DNA of 64,000 bases from assembly GCA_900088475.1 (NCBI GenBank), contig FLMG01002864.1:62001-126000 (forward strand). The letters are read 5' to 3'. Below are positions 12,385 to 27,300 of the stretch, piece by piece. The stretch is from Hyphochytrium catenoides (taxonomy: Eukaryota > Protista > Hyphochytriomycota). Within the stretch, counting starts at the first letter, position 1; each line of letters starts with the position of its first letter. The position numbers were made by a program, and so were the translations under genes. Below the pieces are notes generated by a model. It was not told the DNA's origin. It saw only the letters and a program-made list of their open reading frames with translations, and searched no databases.

Positions 12385-15300
12385 CTAGCTTTGGCGCCAG
12401 AGAAAGTGACATAGGCTGTGGACGAAGTCCGTTATGGACTTCCTTTGTGGGCTAGTGAGACGGCCGTCATCGGGCTGCTCCCTTCGACAGATTTCGACTG
12501 ATAAGCCAGAGGGTCGAAGAACATCAAAGGAAAGATGAATCATCAAGTCTTTGCTCTCCGGACACAGAAGCAACAAATGCTTGCTGCTACCGAAAGAATA
12601 GCGCCGAACTTGGGCCTATGTGGCAAAGAATGGCAAAGACGTCAGGTCCGAGAGAGGAAGACAAGTATCAAGAACTTGAGGAGGCGGAAGGGCGGACAGG
12701 GAAAGGAGAGGCAATAAGAACCACGATCCAGCGTCATGCAAATCTCTGAAAACCACGATCCAGCGGCACGCACCTTGTAGATGTGCATGAGGTAAGAGTC
12801 CAGCGCCCGAAAGTCCAAAGGTATTTCCGAGAAATATCTTAGAGAAGGATCCACACTTTCAAGCAGTTCGACCAGCGAAGAAATGTTAGAATCCGTTCTA
12901 GTGTATGGTCATTAACCTCTAGACTTTACCTCTCCAGCGGTGTTCTAACGGAAAGCTTGAGACAAGCCTCCAGCTCTGATATCTGCAGTTTACTCATCTC
13001 CTGATCAAGTGACAATTCCTGAGTGTTCTCTGACTCGCTCTCGTGGTGCTCGAGGACCGGCTCGGGTTCAGATCTCCGCCGCCCCCTGAGCTCCCCAGGC
13101 TCCTCTTGATTAGAGACGCCTAGAAGCCTGGCCCAAAGTGTGTCGCGATAGTAGTGGCTAGTCGCTTTCTTCATGGCTTGCTTGAAGAATTGCTGTCAGT
13201 TACATCAAGCAGAGTGTGAGTGTCTAGTAATAACTTTAGTCCAACGTCTTGGAAGGGCCCACCTCGGCAGCTTCCATGGCGGGGTCCATTTCTTCCTCGT
13301 GATTCTCTTCACTTCCTCCACATGCCGTCTTTCCCGTTTCTTGACCCACATGCAGCAGAATGAGTAGCACTTCAGGAAGCTCTTGCTTGCCCTCCTCCTC
13401 CTCGCTGTCCGCTTTTGATGATAGGGGAACAGTCACCACTGCCGAATAATGAGGTGAAGATTCTTGAGACCGGAGAGCGGTCTCACTATCCCTAGGTAAG
13501 CTGCCGAACCTTCCATCAATGCTCGTGAAGCAAACAGTATGTGGGCTGTCATACTGCAGTAAACCCTCCACGCCATATCTAGGATATAGCGCATTGTAAG
13601 CTCCCATGGTGGCCATAGATGGGAAGGAAGTACTATCGAGGGATAAGTGATATCTGAACAACAAAATCGAGCGTAACTATGCAACGGGTGCTGAGAGCCT
13701 CAAGGTAATTCCAAAGTCTGATAGGAAATGATAGAAACGTCTTGCCTGTTTGCGTGACAGGAGATATATCCAAGTAGCGCCGTCGCCGATACTTTGATCA
13801 TTGACCCCTGGATCGCGGGCATATCTGTCATTTCCGGCACAGGTAGAAGCTTGCCCAGCAAGGCATTTCTGGCCCCCGTTGGCGGGTGCAAATGGTTTGC
13901 AGCCAAGGTTGCGACCACACCACCTAGGTCGTGCACTGGTCCTCCTCCGTCAACCTTGCCAGTTAAGGCTTCTTGAACGCAACGGCAGATAAAGTTATGG
14001 CAGCGCTGGACAAAGAAGTCGTAGACCGCACTAGGTAGAAGTAGGGCGCTTCGGATGGCTGATAACTTGCTTACAAGTTCTCTTCCCTCCATACGGCCTA
14101 ACCGATCTCGCTCTCCTTTATTGCGCAAGTTCGCCCTAGGCATCTCCCAGAGATTATCTGGGGAGAGGGCGTACAATGTAATACAGACGAGGGAAAGATG
14201 AAATTCTAGCTTCAAGAGGACGATGACATTGGAAGCTTCTATCGGTTTGACCAGCAGCAGAGGCTCCGGTAATTCACCTTCGACTTCAGGGTAGCCCTCC
14301 GAAGAAGTGGGAGAAGTGCTTTTCGCTGAGAGGGATGAAGGGGCCAAATGAAGTTTACATTCGTCTGACAACCTCGAAAACGCAAGCCTGGCGATAAGTT
14401 GTTCGACGTATCGTTCGCGAAACTGCAAGGCCTGCTCCGCATACGCTTTGCGCATCTCTAGATGAAAAGTCTCAGCATCTTTGGCCACCACGGATGGCAA
14501 GCCCTCACCACTATCCTTAGATCCAAGCAACCCCAATGAGGAAGATTGGCCGTGCTGTTGAGTATTAGGTCCGGTATCTTCTATCTTTGCGTCACCGGCA
14601 CCCTGAAGAGAAGCGCTGACAATTGCATCGATCGCCTTTGCCCGACTGGAAACATTGCGGTGGGTAGAGGAGCCACCAAATAACAGAGGGAAAAAGCGGG
14701 AGGCAATGCGGGGTGGTGGATCCGCGTCTGATTTCCCCTTAGCATCCAAAAGAACCTTCGGGTGTAGACTCGGTGGAAGGACGCTCTCGGAGCTCCGCAT
14801 CGACGTCCTTTCTGGCAGTTGAGACTGACTAGCCACAAGAGTCTTGGAAACGAAGCGAGCATGCAAGTTCATCAGGCGCTCAGTTGTCTACAAAGCGGTA
14901 ACGAGCCAATTTTAGTGCAGATCATGTGTGCAGCATATGGTTCATAGTGTCCGTCACCGTAAAGCAACACACTCTTTCGGAAAAGCGATACTGAACGCAG
15001 TGTTAGGCTTACCTCTTCCACTTTGGTCGTTGGGTTATGGAGTGTCTGTACCCTCCACCTCTCATAGTTCAAGAGGTTGAGAAATTCTAAGGTAGATTGC
15101 ATCTCGTCGGGAGTATTCGCCACCCTTTCAGCCAAGGAGCCTGGAAAAACCAGAGGAACTCGAGCGACATGTATGACGCGTGCTACGTCGAGGGCTTTTT
15201 TAAGCACTTCTTCCGGCGTCCTTGCTTTAGAGATTGGGGGAGACGTAAAGCGAAGCGACGACGGAACAGGAGTTATGTCTGCTGCATTATTCCAAAAAGT

Positions 15301-18300
15301 CCGAGACTCTGAGGCACTTTGGGAGGGTAAAGAGCCAAATAGAGAGAACAAAGATTCGACCGTTTGGCGCTTGTCCTTCTTAGTAGTCTCGATTCTTTTC
15401 AGAGTATTTAAAACTTGATCTGCAGCCGCAACCAACGGATCATTGCTTGAGGAATCTCCACCAAAAAAGGAGGATCTTCGGAAAAGCCTTTCTCCCCATC
15501 CCAGTACTTCTGGCTGCCGCTGCAATTGCGGGAACGTTTCTAGCCCTCCACATTCCAGTTCTCTCAGAATACTGCTAAAGCCTGATTGTGGGCTTGGATC
15601 TTCCTCCAGTGTAAGTGAGGGAGAAGGTTGCGGCGAAGAAAAAGGATGCGGTTTCCTATCTGTCCCAAGCACATTTGCCTCCGGTTTGTTTCCATGCCCA
15701 GTGCGATTAGCTGCCGTTACAGCTAAACCTGCTTTCATTCCCGGTTTGCTTGTTGCCCCTGTACCACTTGGAGGTCCTTTGACCTCCATAGTTGGAGGGG
15801 GCCGGAGGGAAGGGTTAGATGGGGCGCGAGGTCCATAAGCATTCGATGGAATGCCTGGTCTCCTGATTCCACCTCTTGCCCTAGCTCGGGCGATAGCCAT
15901 TGCCATGGATGGATCTCTTGGAAGCATTCCTTGGTTGGGGCCATGGGCACCAGGGAATGCAGGTGCCACACGACCAAATGCGGACGCTTTCATTGCGCTC
16001 GTTGCGCCGTGTGGAGAGCTTGAGGAGCTTTCTGAATCTCCCTGCCGACCTGCAGGATCAGAGGTCTGGGGCCAATCTTCCGCCATCTGACCAAGCGAAG
16101 TGTTGGACGCCGAGGACTGCGTGGACAACCTGGTGATTCTCTCTAGCTCATTCGCTTCCACATAAGGGGCCCTGCTGGGACCAAGATCCACGGTAAAGCT
16201 AGAGGGGCTGGCTAAGCTGTCAGGTCCTCCCATTCCCTGAGGGAGTGACCGCCCAGAAGATTGGCCGTACCTGGGAGCGCTCCTATGGCGATGACCCGCG
16301 AGGAACTCTAAAAGCTCAAAGGTTAGACGGCCACTCTTGAAGCCTGCCGTTGCCAAAAGCGCCGAGAAGAATGCTGGATCTGACTTCTCCCCGTGTACCG
16401 TGGTAACCGGAGGAGACCCTTGTGTTGTTATCCCGCCTGCAGCTATAGAAGTGGTAGCACCCCGCGTGCCAGAGATAGAGTCATTTCCTTTACGCGCCAG
16501 TGCAGTGGGACAAGAATGCGGCAAGTGGTGAAACAAGCGGAGCTTCTGGTGGACTATATTTAGGAACATCGTCACCCTGCACTGAGTCCAGTACAAAACG
16601 GTTGAGATCTGGCGGAGTAAGGCGTCGACAGCTGAGGAGCTCCAATTGTACGTCACCAAATGCAGGCCTCCCACTCCGACCTCTATCACGGCGTAGCGTT
16701 GTCTACAGAGATGAGGAAGGCCTGCTAGGTGGAGAGGCACTCCGTCTCCCGTCCCAAGATGTTGATATAGCATAGCCTCCTGATCCGACAAGGAGGGCGG
16801 GCTTAGCTTATGCTGCTCAATGCTTGCCGGCTGAGAACTGGTCGAGCTAGCAATTGACTGTCTTGAGGTTTGTTCTCTGCTTGTGAAGGAGCTCAGTCTC
16901 CTAAGAGATAGGAAAACGTGTAAGCGGAACAGAGATTACGAGAGGCTCCTAACAGCTATATCCTAAGCTTGGGGAGACACAACTACGACTGCGACGTCGT
17001 GATACTATCGGTACAAAGCATGCAGTCTGTTCTGGACTTGGGACTGACATTTTCTGATTTCAGGCCCTCTTACCTCGTTGTCGACCAGCCGTCCCAACAC
17101 AGAATGATGAACTTTCCTTGCTCACGATACGACACAGATGACACGTTCCTACCGTGAAGAAATACCCATTCGAACGTCTGTCCATCCTGGCTGAAGAATA
17201 CCTCTGACATAAGACTTCCATTCAAAGCCCGGAAAATTGGCTGCAGAGTTGATAGCACGTCAGCAGCTACCCATGACGGCAGAATGTCAGTAAAGGAGGT
17301 ACGGAATGTAGATGGGTTCTTGAGGGACGCCGACTCAGCTAGGACACGGCCCAGGAGCTCTACCCAGGTGACGCTCTCCATGTCCACCTTCATCTCCGTC
17401 TCCGCGATATTGTCCCTTTGTTGGCCACCGTCCAACTGCTCCGGGCGTTGTGGGTCGACTTCATACGCAGCAAACAGTTGACCTCGGCGTGCAACGAAGG
17501 TTGACTGTTTGCAACTTCTCAGCAAGCTCTCAGCTGCGTAATCAAGTAACGCCTGGTTGAGAGAGGCAGATAAACGCTGCTGCAGAGCAACAATGTCAAT
17601 TGACCCTCGGGGCCAGACCCTCACCACTATGTTAGCCACCTCAGTGGTCGTCTTTCCCTCTTGCCTTCCTGTTATTGTTTCTTCTACCATAGTCCTCATA
17701 TTTTGTCCTGAGAGTAGCAGTTCTAGCTTAGGTAGATTTAATGCCTTGGAGCTACCGCCTTCTTGACGGCACCAGGGCTCGTCGCTCCCAGGTGAGCTCG
17801 AGCCAGTGCGAAGTTCCACAACTTCTTGACCATGGCAGTCCTCTAAGCTCAAACTAATGACGCACAGCCCTCTGCCAATTGCCGCTCCCTCGGCAAGAGG
17901 AGGCGTATCCGGGGCATTGTTATAAAGAAAGCAGAAGTCCTTCTCGTCGAGAACGGCTGTCACATCATCGGAGCCTCCAGACATAACCGACTCATCTTCA
18001 CTAACACTGGGAGGAGCCCTAGAAAGATTATTGCCTAAATCTTCTCCAAACTCCCCTTTGACCCAGACATGGCCCCAGAAAATAGGAGAGACCGACGAAC
18101 TGTCCCACATGCTGGGATCCGTAAGGTTAATGATTCTTCGCTTCTTGTTAGGGAGATCTCCTCCGACCTCCACACGACCTTTGAGCCACTATTAGCAACT
18201 CTCTAGTAAAAATTAAATCGGACAACTTACCTATAGGTTCCACTACGCTTGGGGTGTCGCCGGCCGCCCTGTCTGACTTCGACTGAGAATAGGCTTCCAA

Positions 18301-21300
18301 AACGCCTTGGAGGGATGTCTCTGCCTTGTACTCCATGCATGATGGATGCAATGCTGTCCAAGCCACCTTTTTCACCTTGTGGTGCTCTTTATCTACCGCT
18401 TTCGGAGTCTGGAAATTCTCATCTCTATATGAAGCAGATACAAGACGAGTAGTGGTTCCCCCTTGCCCTGTTGCTAAGTTGAGGGTATTAAAAAGAGGTA
18501 GCTTGGTAAGGTTTTGCTTGAAAAGGAGAAGAAAAAGGTACCAATCCAATAGTCTCGGTACCCCAGAAGTGGTATATTGAACAGCTTGTGTATTTTCTGG
18601 ACGCAGGAACTGGAGGTCACCTTCACTAAGCTTGAAATGTGGATTGCGGACTAGCAGCGTAGACATTACGGAAAGGGTGATGTCGTCCAATTTTTTCTCT
18701 AGCCATTTTCGTAGCTCCACTGAGATCTCCTGGGTCACACTTGTCACCCCAAACACCTCCAGGAGCAGAGCGGACGATCCTTGCTTCTGATCACCTTGCT
18801 TGTGATCAAGGGCCCAGCTGCTTGTGTCAAGCTCTCCCCTCTCTGTTGATCTCTGTCTCCCAGCACTTCCTAATCGTGAAGCCCGATCTGGACTCGAGGT
18901 AGAGAGTCTGAGGTAGAACACGTTTCCGGTCTTCTCCTTGTAGACGAAGATTTGTTTCCTGTTGGAGACCTGGAATGGGTGTAGAGCGGTATCAACGAGT
19001 TGTCCCATAGCGTAGCGAGGGGTGACGCGCTCATGAAGCGGGAAAATAACGCTGAATTGCTTTTCACAGCTGAACTGGCCACTCCAGTACCAAGTGCAAG
19101 GGACAGTGCCGCCTAGGGAAACCTCAGAGATAACTTTTATGCTGCTTCCTGGCTTTCCAGAAAGCGAGCTTTCCCTTGAGAGTGGCTTCCTGCCAGCTGT
19201 GGTCGCCGTTGCCGATGGCTCAACTGAGTCCCTTTCGTATTGCTTACTAAGTTTAAGATCCTCAAGCGAAGGTGGGATTAGCAGAGAGCTACAAGCGTGT
19301 GTCTCATGCAAATGTTGTAGGAGAAGCAGCTGGTTCACTCTTTCACAAGTCTTGAAAAGACAAACGTTTACTCTCCCAAGGATCTCTACCTTCAATCTCT
19401 CCCACAAAGAACCAGGAGGATGGTGGAAGGACACCCTGGCAATATTGTCCAAACCAACCGACACCATAAGCCAGAAATCCAGATGCTGCTTCACTCCTCG
19501 TTCTTCCTCACGTCTGCCTGAGCGGACTATCAGGAAAACATCTCCAACTTTTTGGATCAGAAGATAAGAGTTCTGCAGCAGCTGCTCCTCAAACATTTGT
19601 TGAGCTCGCTCCGTCTGATGGGCCAATGAAAAAGAAGTTGGGCTGTTGGGGCTGCGGTAAGCTGTCTCTGACATGAGCTCTCCCCTACAGTGGGCGAGTG
19701 AGCACTAACGACGACACTAGCATATAGAATAATGGATGGATATAATGTACCTCTCCTTAGAGTTGTCCGTGCGCATACTACTGCTCTCTGAGAGGGTTTC
19801 TGAGGTTAGAAAACGGAGGGGCACCTCCATGCGACTTAAGTGGCTGCACGGGCACCAACCGAGGACAGCAAAGCAATGGTTAGCACTCTTCTCTTGGCAG
19901 TTTAGGGAAGTGGTAAATGAACAGAAAACAGGTCAAGAAGCTGAGCTGTGGACTTGCCAAAATAGGTCATTATACAACACCGATTACTACGTTCTAGAGG
20001 AGGAAGATGCAAGGACTACAGGCAGCAGCATACCTTGGGAGCAAGTTTGCAATGAGCTTTTTTGCTTGGTTAACCGAGTCAGCGGTAGGAGGACTGACAT
20101 CCTGCAGGCATTTTAGTACTTCCATGGAACTTAGTGCCCTGATGCTTTTTCTCAAAGTAGACATCACTCTCCTATGGACATCTGGGAGAATCTCCAAGCC
20201 ATTGAGCTTCTGAGCCGCTATTGCTGCGTGCTTCGTTAGGCCTCCTTCAGCAAGCTTGCTGATAGGTGCCGATTTCTCTAGCAACTTTTCGTTGGGAAGA
20301 GTAATGCAGACTAAGCGCAGAATTGTTTTTCCATCTGCTTCAACGCTTTGCAAGATAATGCCGCTTGACGTATTACCGGACCGTCCGGACGAACCGTAGC
20401 TTGCCCCATCTGAGTTGGAATGCAGATGAGTCCCCTCCACGCCTACTTAGACGATGAGTACAAAATGAGGATGTAGAGAGCTATAACTCACTTGAGGATA
20501 GACTATAGCGGGAAGGGAAATCTACGGGGTCAGCTTGAAGGAATAGTCTACTCAGAGAGTTAAGCGTAGAGTTAGAACAGACCTAAGATCTCCCTAATGG
20601 CCTGCGAAGGGCTGCTTTGGCGGATCACCAGTGATCTTGACTTTGTAGGCGGAGACTCTACCCTTAAGACCTTTGCTGGAGGATTTGTAAGACATGGTCG
20701 GGCTGGTGGTTGTCGGGATTGCCGATGCAGGCATTCCAGGCGGAGGAAGAGGGGAAACGTGAAGCGAGAAGCGATTGCCGCGGCATCTTCCACTACTTCT
20801 ACTTCCTCGACCTTAGAAGAGGACGACGACGCTTGCGCACCCAGCTCACCGTCACCCTGCTTCAGTAGTCCTTGATCACCTTACACGAAGACATTAGGCA
20901 CGGCAAGAGGGATAGTTCAATGACGAAGCTTTGGATAGACAACTGCTCGGTGGACGGAGTTTTTGATAAAGCAGAATATCTCTAACTAGCCCCGAGTGGC
21001 CCTTAGTCACGAGCAAGGCATAAGTTACAACAGAGCAAGAACCTCATTGAACTGCTGAAAGAATCAATAGCTCGAGCTTACGCCCTTGGTGTGTTTAGCT
21101 AGCCACCTTAAACCATCAGCCGATAAGGCTAGGACGAGAGGTGGGAACAAGAGAATAAAAAGTACGACATCCTACCGGTTGTCAGAATGGATCCAAGAAC
21201 TCCCAGCTCCATGCTGCTGTCACTATCTGAGTCAGCGTCCGCAACAGGTAGTGCTGTAGTTGATGCCGTATCCTTCGTTGCTTGGACTCCACCCTGGCTG

Positions 21301-24300
21301 TTCTCCCCATTTACCTCACCCTCCATTTGCTCACCCTACGAACACGATCAGGAAAGAGGTATGGGCTTAATGCCAATTTGAGACACATGGATCAAGGGAG
21401 CCCGCGTAAGCCTGAAGAATAGGAAACTGGGCCTCTTACTACCTTGGAGTTCTCGTCCTGGATGAAATAATAGTAATCAGTCCCAGGAATGTTTTTAAAA
21501 AAGCGCCCCAGAATTTGTGCGAAGTCATCGTCAAACTTTGAGTCCATCTGATACTCGCCGGTATCTGCTTCAGATCCTAACGAAGGCAGGGTTCGTTGTT
21601 AGTCACAGCTCTGTCACATAGAGTCAATCTCGAAGAAAGTCGTCCCATTATTGGAGCAACTCATTTCTTAACGTTCAAATACTTGCAAATTCTCATAACG
21701 ATGCTCTGGTATAAACCTCTTCAGCATCTTTTTCGCTCCGAGAAGACGATGGTCTTATCTAGAGACAAAGTGTGCGCCTACCTTGGTCTTTGATTCTTCC
21801 GAACCTCATTTTTGCCAGCAAAGTGATATCCATATCTATCGGGATTTCGATACAAGAGAGGATAGCACGGTGGAGGTCGGACGGGTCTACGGCTCCTACA
21901 AAAAGGTGGTGTCACTAGATGCGAAACCTAGAAAGCAATCACCGCAATCTTAAAATTACCTCCCTCCCTCAAAAGCTGGTATACTGCCCTGGAAAAGCTC
22001 TGCTCATGGACTCGGCCAACAATGTCCTTAAATCTCTTCAACGCTTTATCTATGCCCTTTCGCTCAGTAGGCCCGGAATGGCTGGCCCGAGACAAGGGCA
22101 TTGAAGGAAGACCAGCCAGAGGGGATGTTGGTGTAGTCTGGGTGAGAAGTGGGCGAAGAAGAACATTTGTGCTCTCCATTGGAAGGCCAATCCGTAAGCG
22201 GGAGCACTCGTAGAAGGAGATCATGAAGAAGCCCTGGGTGATATCGGCTACCCGTGGAACTAGATGTTTGTCACACCCTGAGCAGGAGGGAGGAGACTCG
22301 GGTAAGCGATTCTTAAGATGCATCAAAAAAAATAGGCTAAGTTGATGAGTTCTCTGGAGTCAGGTGATGACGATCCAATGGTGATCTCACCAGGAGGCGT
22401 TTGAGCTGCTATCCGCGCCTTCTCAAGATCGACGGCCGCTTCTAATGTGGATGTTTTTTGGGCTGCTAGGGTCGCCAATGTGTCCTTTGACTTACGAGCG
22501 AGCAAGCCAAGCTCCTTGTTTCCGCGCTATAATAGTAAAAGTTGGATGTGAGATTGTTAATAAATACTCCCGTGCAGAGTAGTCTCAGCCATCCTTAGTT
22601 GACCCCGCCGGACTCACCTGCAACAAGGCCAAATCATCAAGACAGAAACGTTTAGGTTTCTGTTGAGGACGGTGTACGAAGGTCGGCGGAAGTGATGGGT
22701 AAGAAGAACGACTAAGTATTCTCATAGACATAGAGGCCTGTCGAGGTTCAATCTCAGGGTTGGAGAGAAGCGTTCCCTTCAAGGTCACTGCTCTCAATCT
22801 ATTCACGAGGGGCAGATCCTGGCATTCTTTAAGTGCTGGAAGGAAGCAAAGTACCATCGTCGTGGAGCTCACCATCTGAAATATAGGGCATATCAGAGGA
22901 CTGCATGACGTCTTACTCCTTGTTAAAAAGACTCTCTAGACCAGAGGATATAAGTCTTGGTGAAACAGCTCTCACCTTGGCGAAGCAGCGTCCTGCGCTC
23001 AAACCCTGACCTGCTAAGATCTTCTCCATTGATATAGGATGAGCAGTCTGGGGGAAAACGCCTAAGGTAAGTCGCTCTGTCTATCGGGGCTAATGACAAC
23101 TGCTTCGTCAGGCTCAGTAGAACCTGAACGGCCCACAGTAAAGAAAAGGAGCAAACCGAGAGGACAAATAGTTGCAGTTTACCTCGACGCTGGCTGTACT
23201 GTTCCGACGCTGGAGACCGCTGAAACCCGATCCATCACTACCAATTGTTCTGGTATTTGGATCCATAAATGATGCATCAGAGAGATCAAGGCTGGATCCA
23301 GCGGCAGGCCAAGCCACTTCGCAATCAGTGAGCAACTGCAACGCTCTCTCTAACATCTTATACAGGTTAGTGTTAGCTGATGATAACAAGCCCCTGCTAC
23401 TACTGCCTTCTTTCTCGGAGCTCTGCGATGGCAGGTCAAGCTCATCATCAGAGAGGTCGTGGTAGTTAGATCCACGAGGAGAGCTGCGATTATCCCATTC
23501 GGTGGCCGACATGGCACTGATGGACTCTTCGTTCCCTTGTCCTCCCTGCGCTGGGGTATCTGTGGCCTCAATAAGAAGCCTTCCACCCAAAGCATCTATG
23601 ACGTCTCCTCTAGTGACTATGTCTCCTTGTTCAAGCCAGTCTAGTCTCAGGGAATCCTTGCTGCCTCTCTGAATATTTCTCTGTTCTGCCGCGTCTGCCT
23701 TCTCTCTAAGAGTGGCACGGGCTTGTGGGGACCTTTCAGGAACTATTTTTCTGTCGAATAGCATGGGGAGCGTAAATTGAATCCGCGTAGAGGAGACAAT
23801 TAGACGGAAAGGATTGAAGTCCGCAATCGACGATAGCACTCCATCGTCCACTGGGTCTTTGAGGTAGATTTTGTCGTCGCCTTCCTCTTCAGATTCTACT
23901 TGCTTTACGAGCGAAGCTCCTAGAGTATTACTTCTACTGCGAGTCTCTTCCATTAGACTTCGCTGCATTCAGGAGGGTATGAAACATCAATTCTTAGCGA
24001 CCAGTTGCGATGACAAGCAAGGGGGATAGTAACATAACCACAGTACAGGTGAGTATGGAAACGGAAAATGTTCAGATTCCTGTACACCATGTCGCTAGGA
24101 GGCACCCTGGTCAACCATGAGAATTCACCTTTTGTAGGGCTGAAAAAGTAGCAAGGCTTGATGCGATTTGCTGGTCTGCTCGGTAGAACCTGTAGGAGAG
24201 TAAGCGAAAGAGCTTTCGCTCTCTTACTCTGAGGGTCAGATCGCTATTTGAGCATGCGCCGTCTGATATTCCCAGCCCGTTTGCCGAGGGAGAGAGCAGA

Positions 24301-27300
24301 ATTATAGGCTGGGTACCTGCGTCAACCCTCATGTTCTGAGTATCTACAAGAGTCCCTTCAGGCATAAAGATTTCCTCCAACGGAACAGTGCCCAGGATAG
24401 GGCCTTTTTCTCGGCCATTGCCTTGATACTCCAAGAAATTTGTGCGAACAATCTTTGCCCCCCATGGCCATTCAGACGCCTTGGGAATGGGCAAATCAAC
24501 GGAACCGCTCTGGGGTTCCATCCAAAGGCAGGTCGAGATGGACTTGGAGGTCAACCTCTTTATGGTGTACTGGACTAAGGTAAACCGTGACGTTGAGGAT
24601 GGTGAATTGTCTGAAGCTCCCTCGGCACTAGCTTCCAGGGCAATAAGCTTTACAAAACCGATATACACAACTGTGTCTTCTTGGTCTCGCAAGTCGGCAA
24701 CTTGGAAGCCATCCGCAATGCGCAGTCTCACAAGCAACTCGATGGTCCAATCTGCTACCTGCGGGCTGGGTAGTGTCCACTTCCACTCATTGTGCCAAAG
24801 GTACGACTCAAGAACAGTGGATGAGATCTTGCTGCCACCACAGCACCCTAGGAGCCCAGTGGGGGATCCGGTAGAATGCGATGCCTGAGCGTCGCGAAGT
24901 CTCTCTGAACCCTTGCCATAAGAGAGAGAGGCACGATCTGTCTTGCTAATGACAAGTCGAGCTATATAACGGGGCAAGAGTATAAGGTTACCCTCCGTTT
25001 TCAGAGTGGATATACTTGATGGCTGTAAGGAACGGTATCCCCCTGTCAAGAGGCTGCGCTTGTCTCGAAAGTTCATTGCTCCATCTTCTGTACCTGTTAA
25101 GGACCGGTTCTGATGCTCGCCCATCACACTTTTTGAGGAAGAGAAAACGGAGTGACTAAAGGGCGTTGCAATTAGACCCTTTAGCTCGTCTAGAAGGCCC
25201 ACCCTAAGCGACGGTGGAGTGAGAAAGAAAGCAATGTGCACCGCCGCTAACTGCTGAGTGTCCCAGGCGACTCGGATAAGACAAAAGCTAACAAACTCCG
25301 CCTTCCCTTCCTGCTCGCTATCTTCATTGGCGACGGGTTGCTTTCTGGATGAGATGCGCTTCAAAAAGAGGTCAGACTGGAGGGTATCGGTTGCCCACTG
25401 TGCCAAGATCTGCGTGAGGAGTCGGCGGTTGGCGATGTCACCCCGGAATGTGCTTGCCATTGAAGGGAGTCCAGAGGGCGCGTCGTCGTTTAAGACCTTA
25501 AGAGTCGATGAAGGCCCGCTATGAGAAAATACTGGAGGCTTCAACGATCCACCAGGTTTTGGCACGACTGCAAAGGCACCAAGAGCCCTGGTCCTGCAGA
25601 GCAGCTCAAGTCTTTCCACGTAAAACCAGCGGTGCCAGTACCCAAGAGAGAGATTGCCCACTACTCCCAGGATGGCCTCCACATTGGCGCTAGTCTTCTC
25701 CCTGCGTGGAGTGATAGACTGAGCTCTTGGTGAGAGGCTTCCCCCTCGTCTCCTCTCTGTCACGGTACTCATGGATAAAGCTACAGCATTAAGGTGTACA
25801 AGAACTCTATCTACCTCTTGGATGTCTCTAACGCAAGCCATAATGTTATGTGCAGCGATGTTCTTCGCCGCAGGCGGGCGGGCACCGCTGTCCCCCTCCT
25901 GTTTGTTCCTATTGAGTTGGAGTGTCTTGAGAAAGTCAATGCTGCCAAGCACCTCAATCTTGACTAGTACTTGACGAGGGTAAAATTCGCGACCGTATTG
26001 TAGGGAACGAGGTTGAGTGAATACGTCATGAAGCCCTTTTTGGGCAAGCCCCTTGTTTGGTTGTATAGGTCCTTGTGATCGAACCGTATACTGAATCCAC
26101 ACGTTATGCTGCCAATGGAGAAGGAAGTGGAGACTTACGTCAGGACCGTGCAAAATGCCAGACGTTGACGTTTTGCTTTCCGTGCCCCCACGACTCAGGC
26201 CGTCCTTTTGCACTAGGCTAGGTCCATTTATCTCCCCCGGAGCAGCAATAAAGCGATGGACAAAGAACCCCTCACGTGTTCTCACTTCGAGCAGGCTACC
26301 AATATCAACCTTGATCCGATACTCTTCCAAAGTCTGACGCCATAAGTGCATCAGAAGGGGAACCTCGACCCAGGGACTGTCATTTGAACTGCTACAGAAC
26401 GATTCTTTAAAGACGCTGTTCCTAACAGCGCCGCGACCGAGGGCATTCCCACAACGAGCAGGCGCCGTTTGGGCCAATGACGAACGAAGAAGATCTGCTG
26501 GCTTGGAACTTGGACTGGAAGCCGAGGACCTCCATAGTAGGAGTCGCTGCAGCAGGGGAACTTCGACGTGGTGAAGAGCTGAGTACGTTTCTCCTCCGTG
26601 CCAAGGTATTTTGTAAGATCCTGCACGCAACAACTGCAGGGTTTCGTAGTCTAAAAGCAAGCCTTTAGTAGAATCCGTCAGCAGATGCACCATGTCCGTG
26701 TCCGGAACATAGCCAAAAGGAATATCCGGCCTGAACTCTGTCCCAAGCTGCTTGAACGGGACATGAACGAGTAGTAGAGGGAAAGGGAAAGGTTCAGACG
26801 CAATGAAGCGATTGATATATTTTACCATGAAGAGAGGAAAAGAGTTTAGCCGAGAACTAGAGGAACAAATGAGGTACACACCCGACGGTACCTATAGGGC
26901 TCACCTGGAGCACGTGACAGGTGATGTCATGACAGCAGAGTTCCGCTATAATACTGTCATACTTCGAAATGTTGGGGATTTCAGAGACACAGTCCGTGAC
27001 AAGCACCAGCACAGGAACGGCATCGAGGGGTAGAGCATTGAGGGCAAACACACCGTTCAAAATACAAGTAGTCAAGGAAGTATCATCCTTGTCTGCTTCT
27101 GCATCTTCTAAGGTACTGGTGTTTCGTGCTAAGTCGTTCTCCATTGCAGTCAGATTTTGTCGTACGTCCGCCAATATCTGATCTATATTGCGAGGAGTCA
27201 GGACCGCCCCTTGAATGAGCACCCGCATCTTCTCCAAGCCGGAGTCCTGTACCACTCCATGAGAAGATTTTTGCCAAGAACACCGGGAGCACTTTACGTT

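Noticed and set aside
14860-15015. Programmed frameshift or overlap between the 639-aa and 390-aa ORFs (TGATG)
   Set aside because: Explained by a GT-AG intron (GAG|gtaagc..tgtag|ACA) within SZT2.
15077-26668. Many plus-strand ORFs over SZT2
   Set aside because: They are antisense shadows of long coding exons with no independent motifs.
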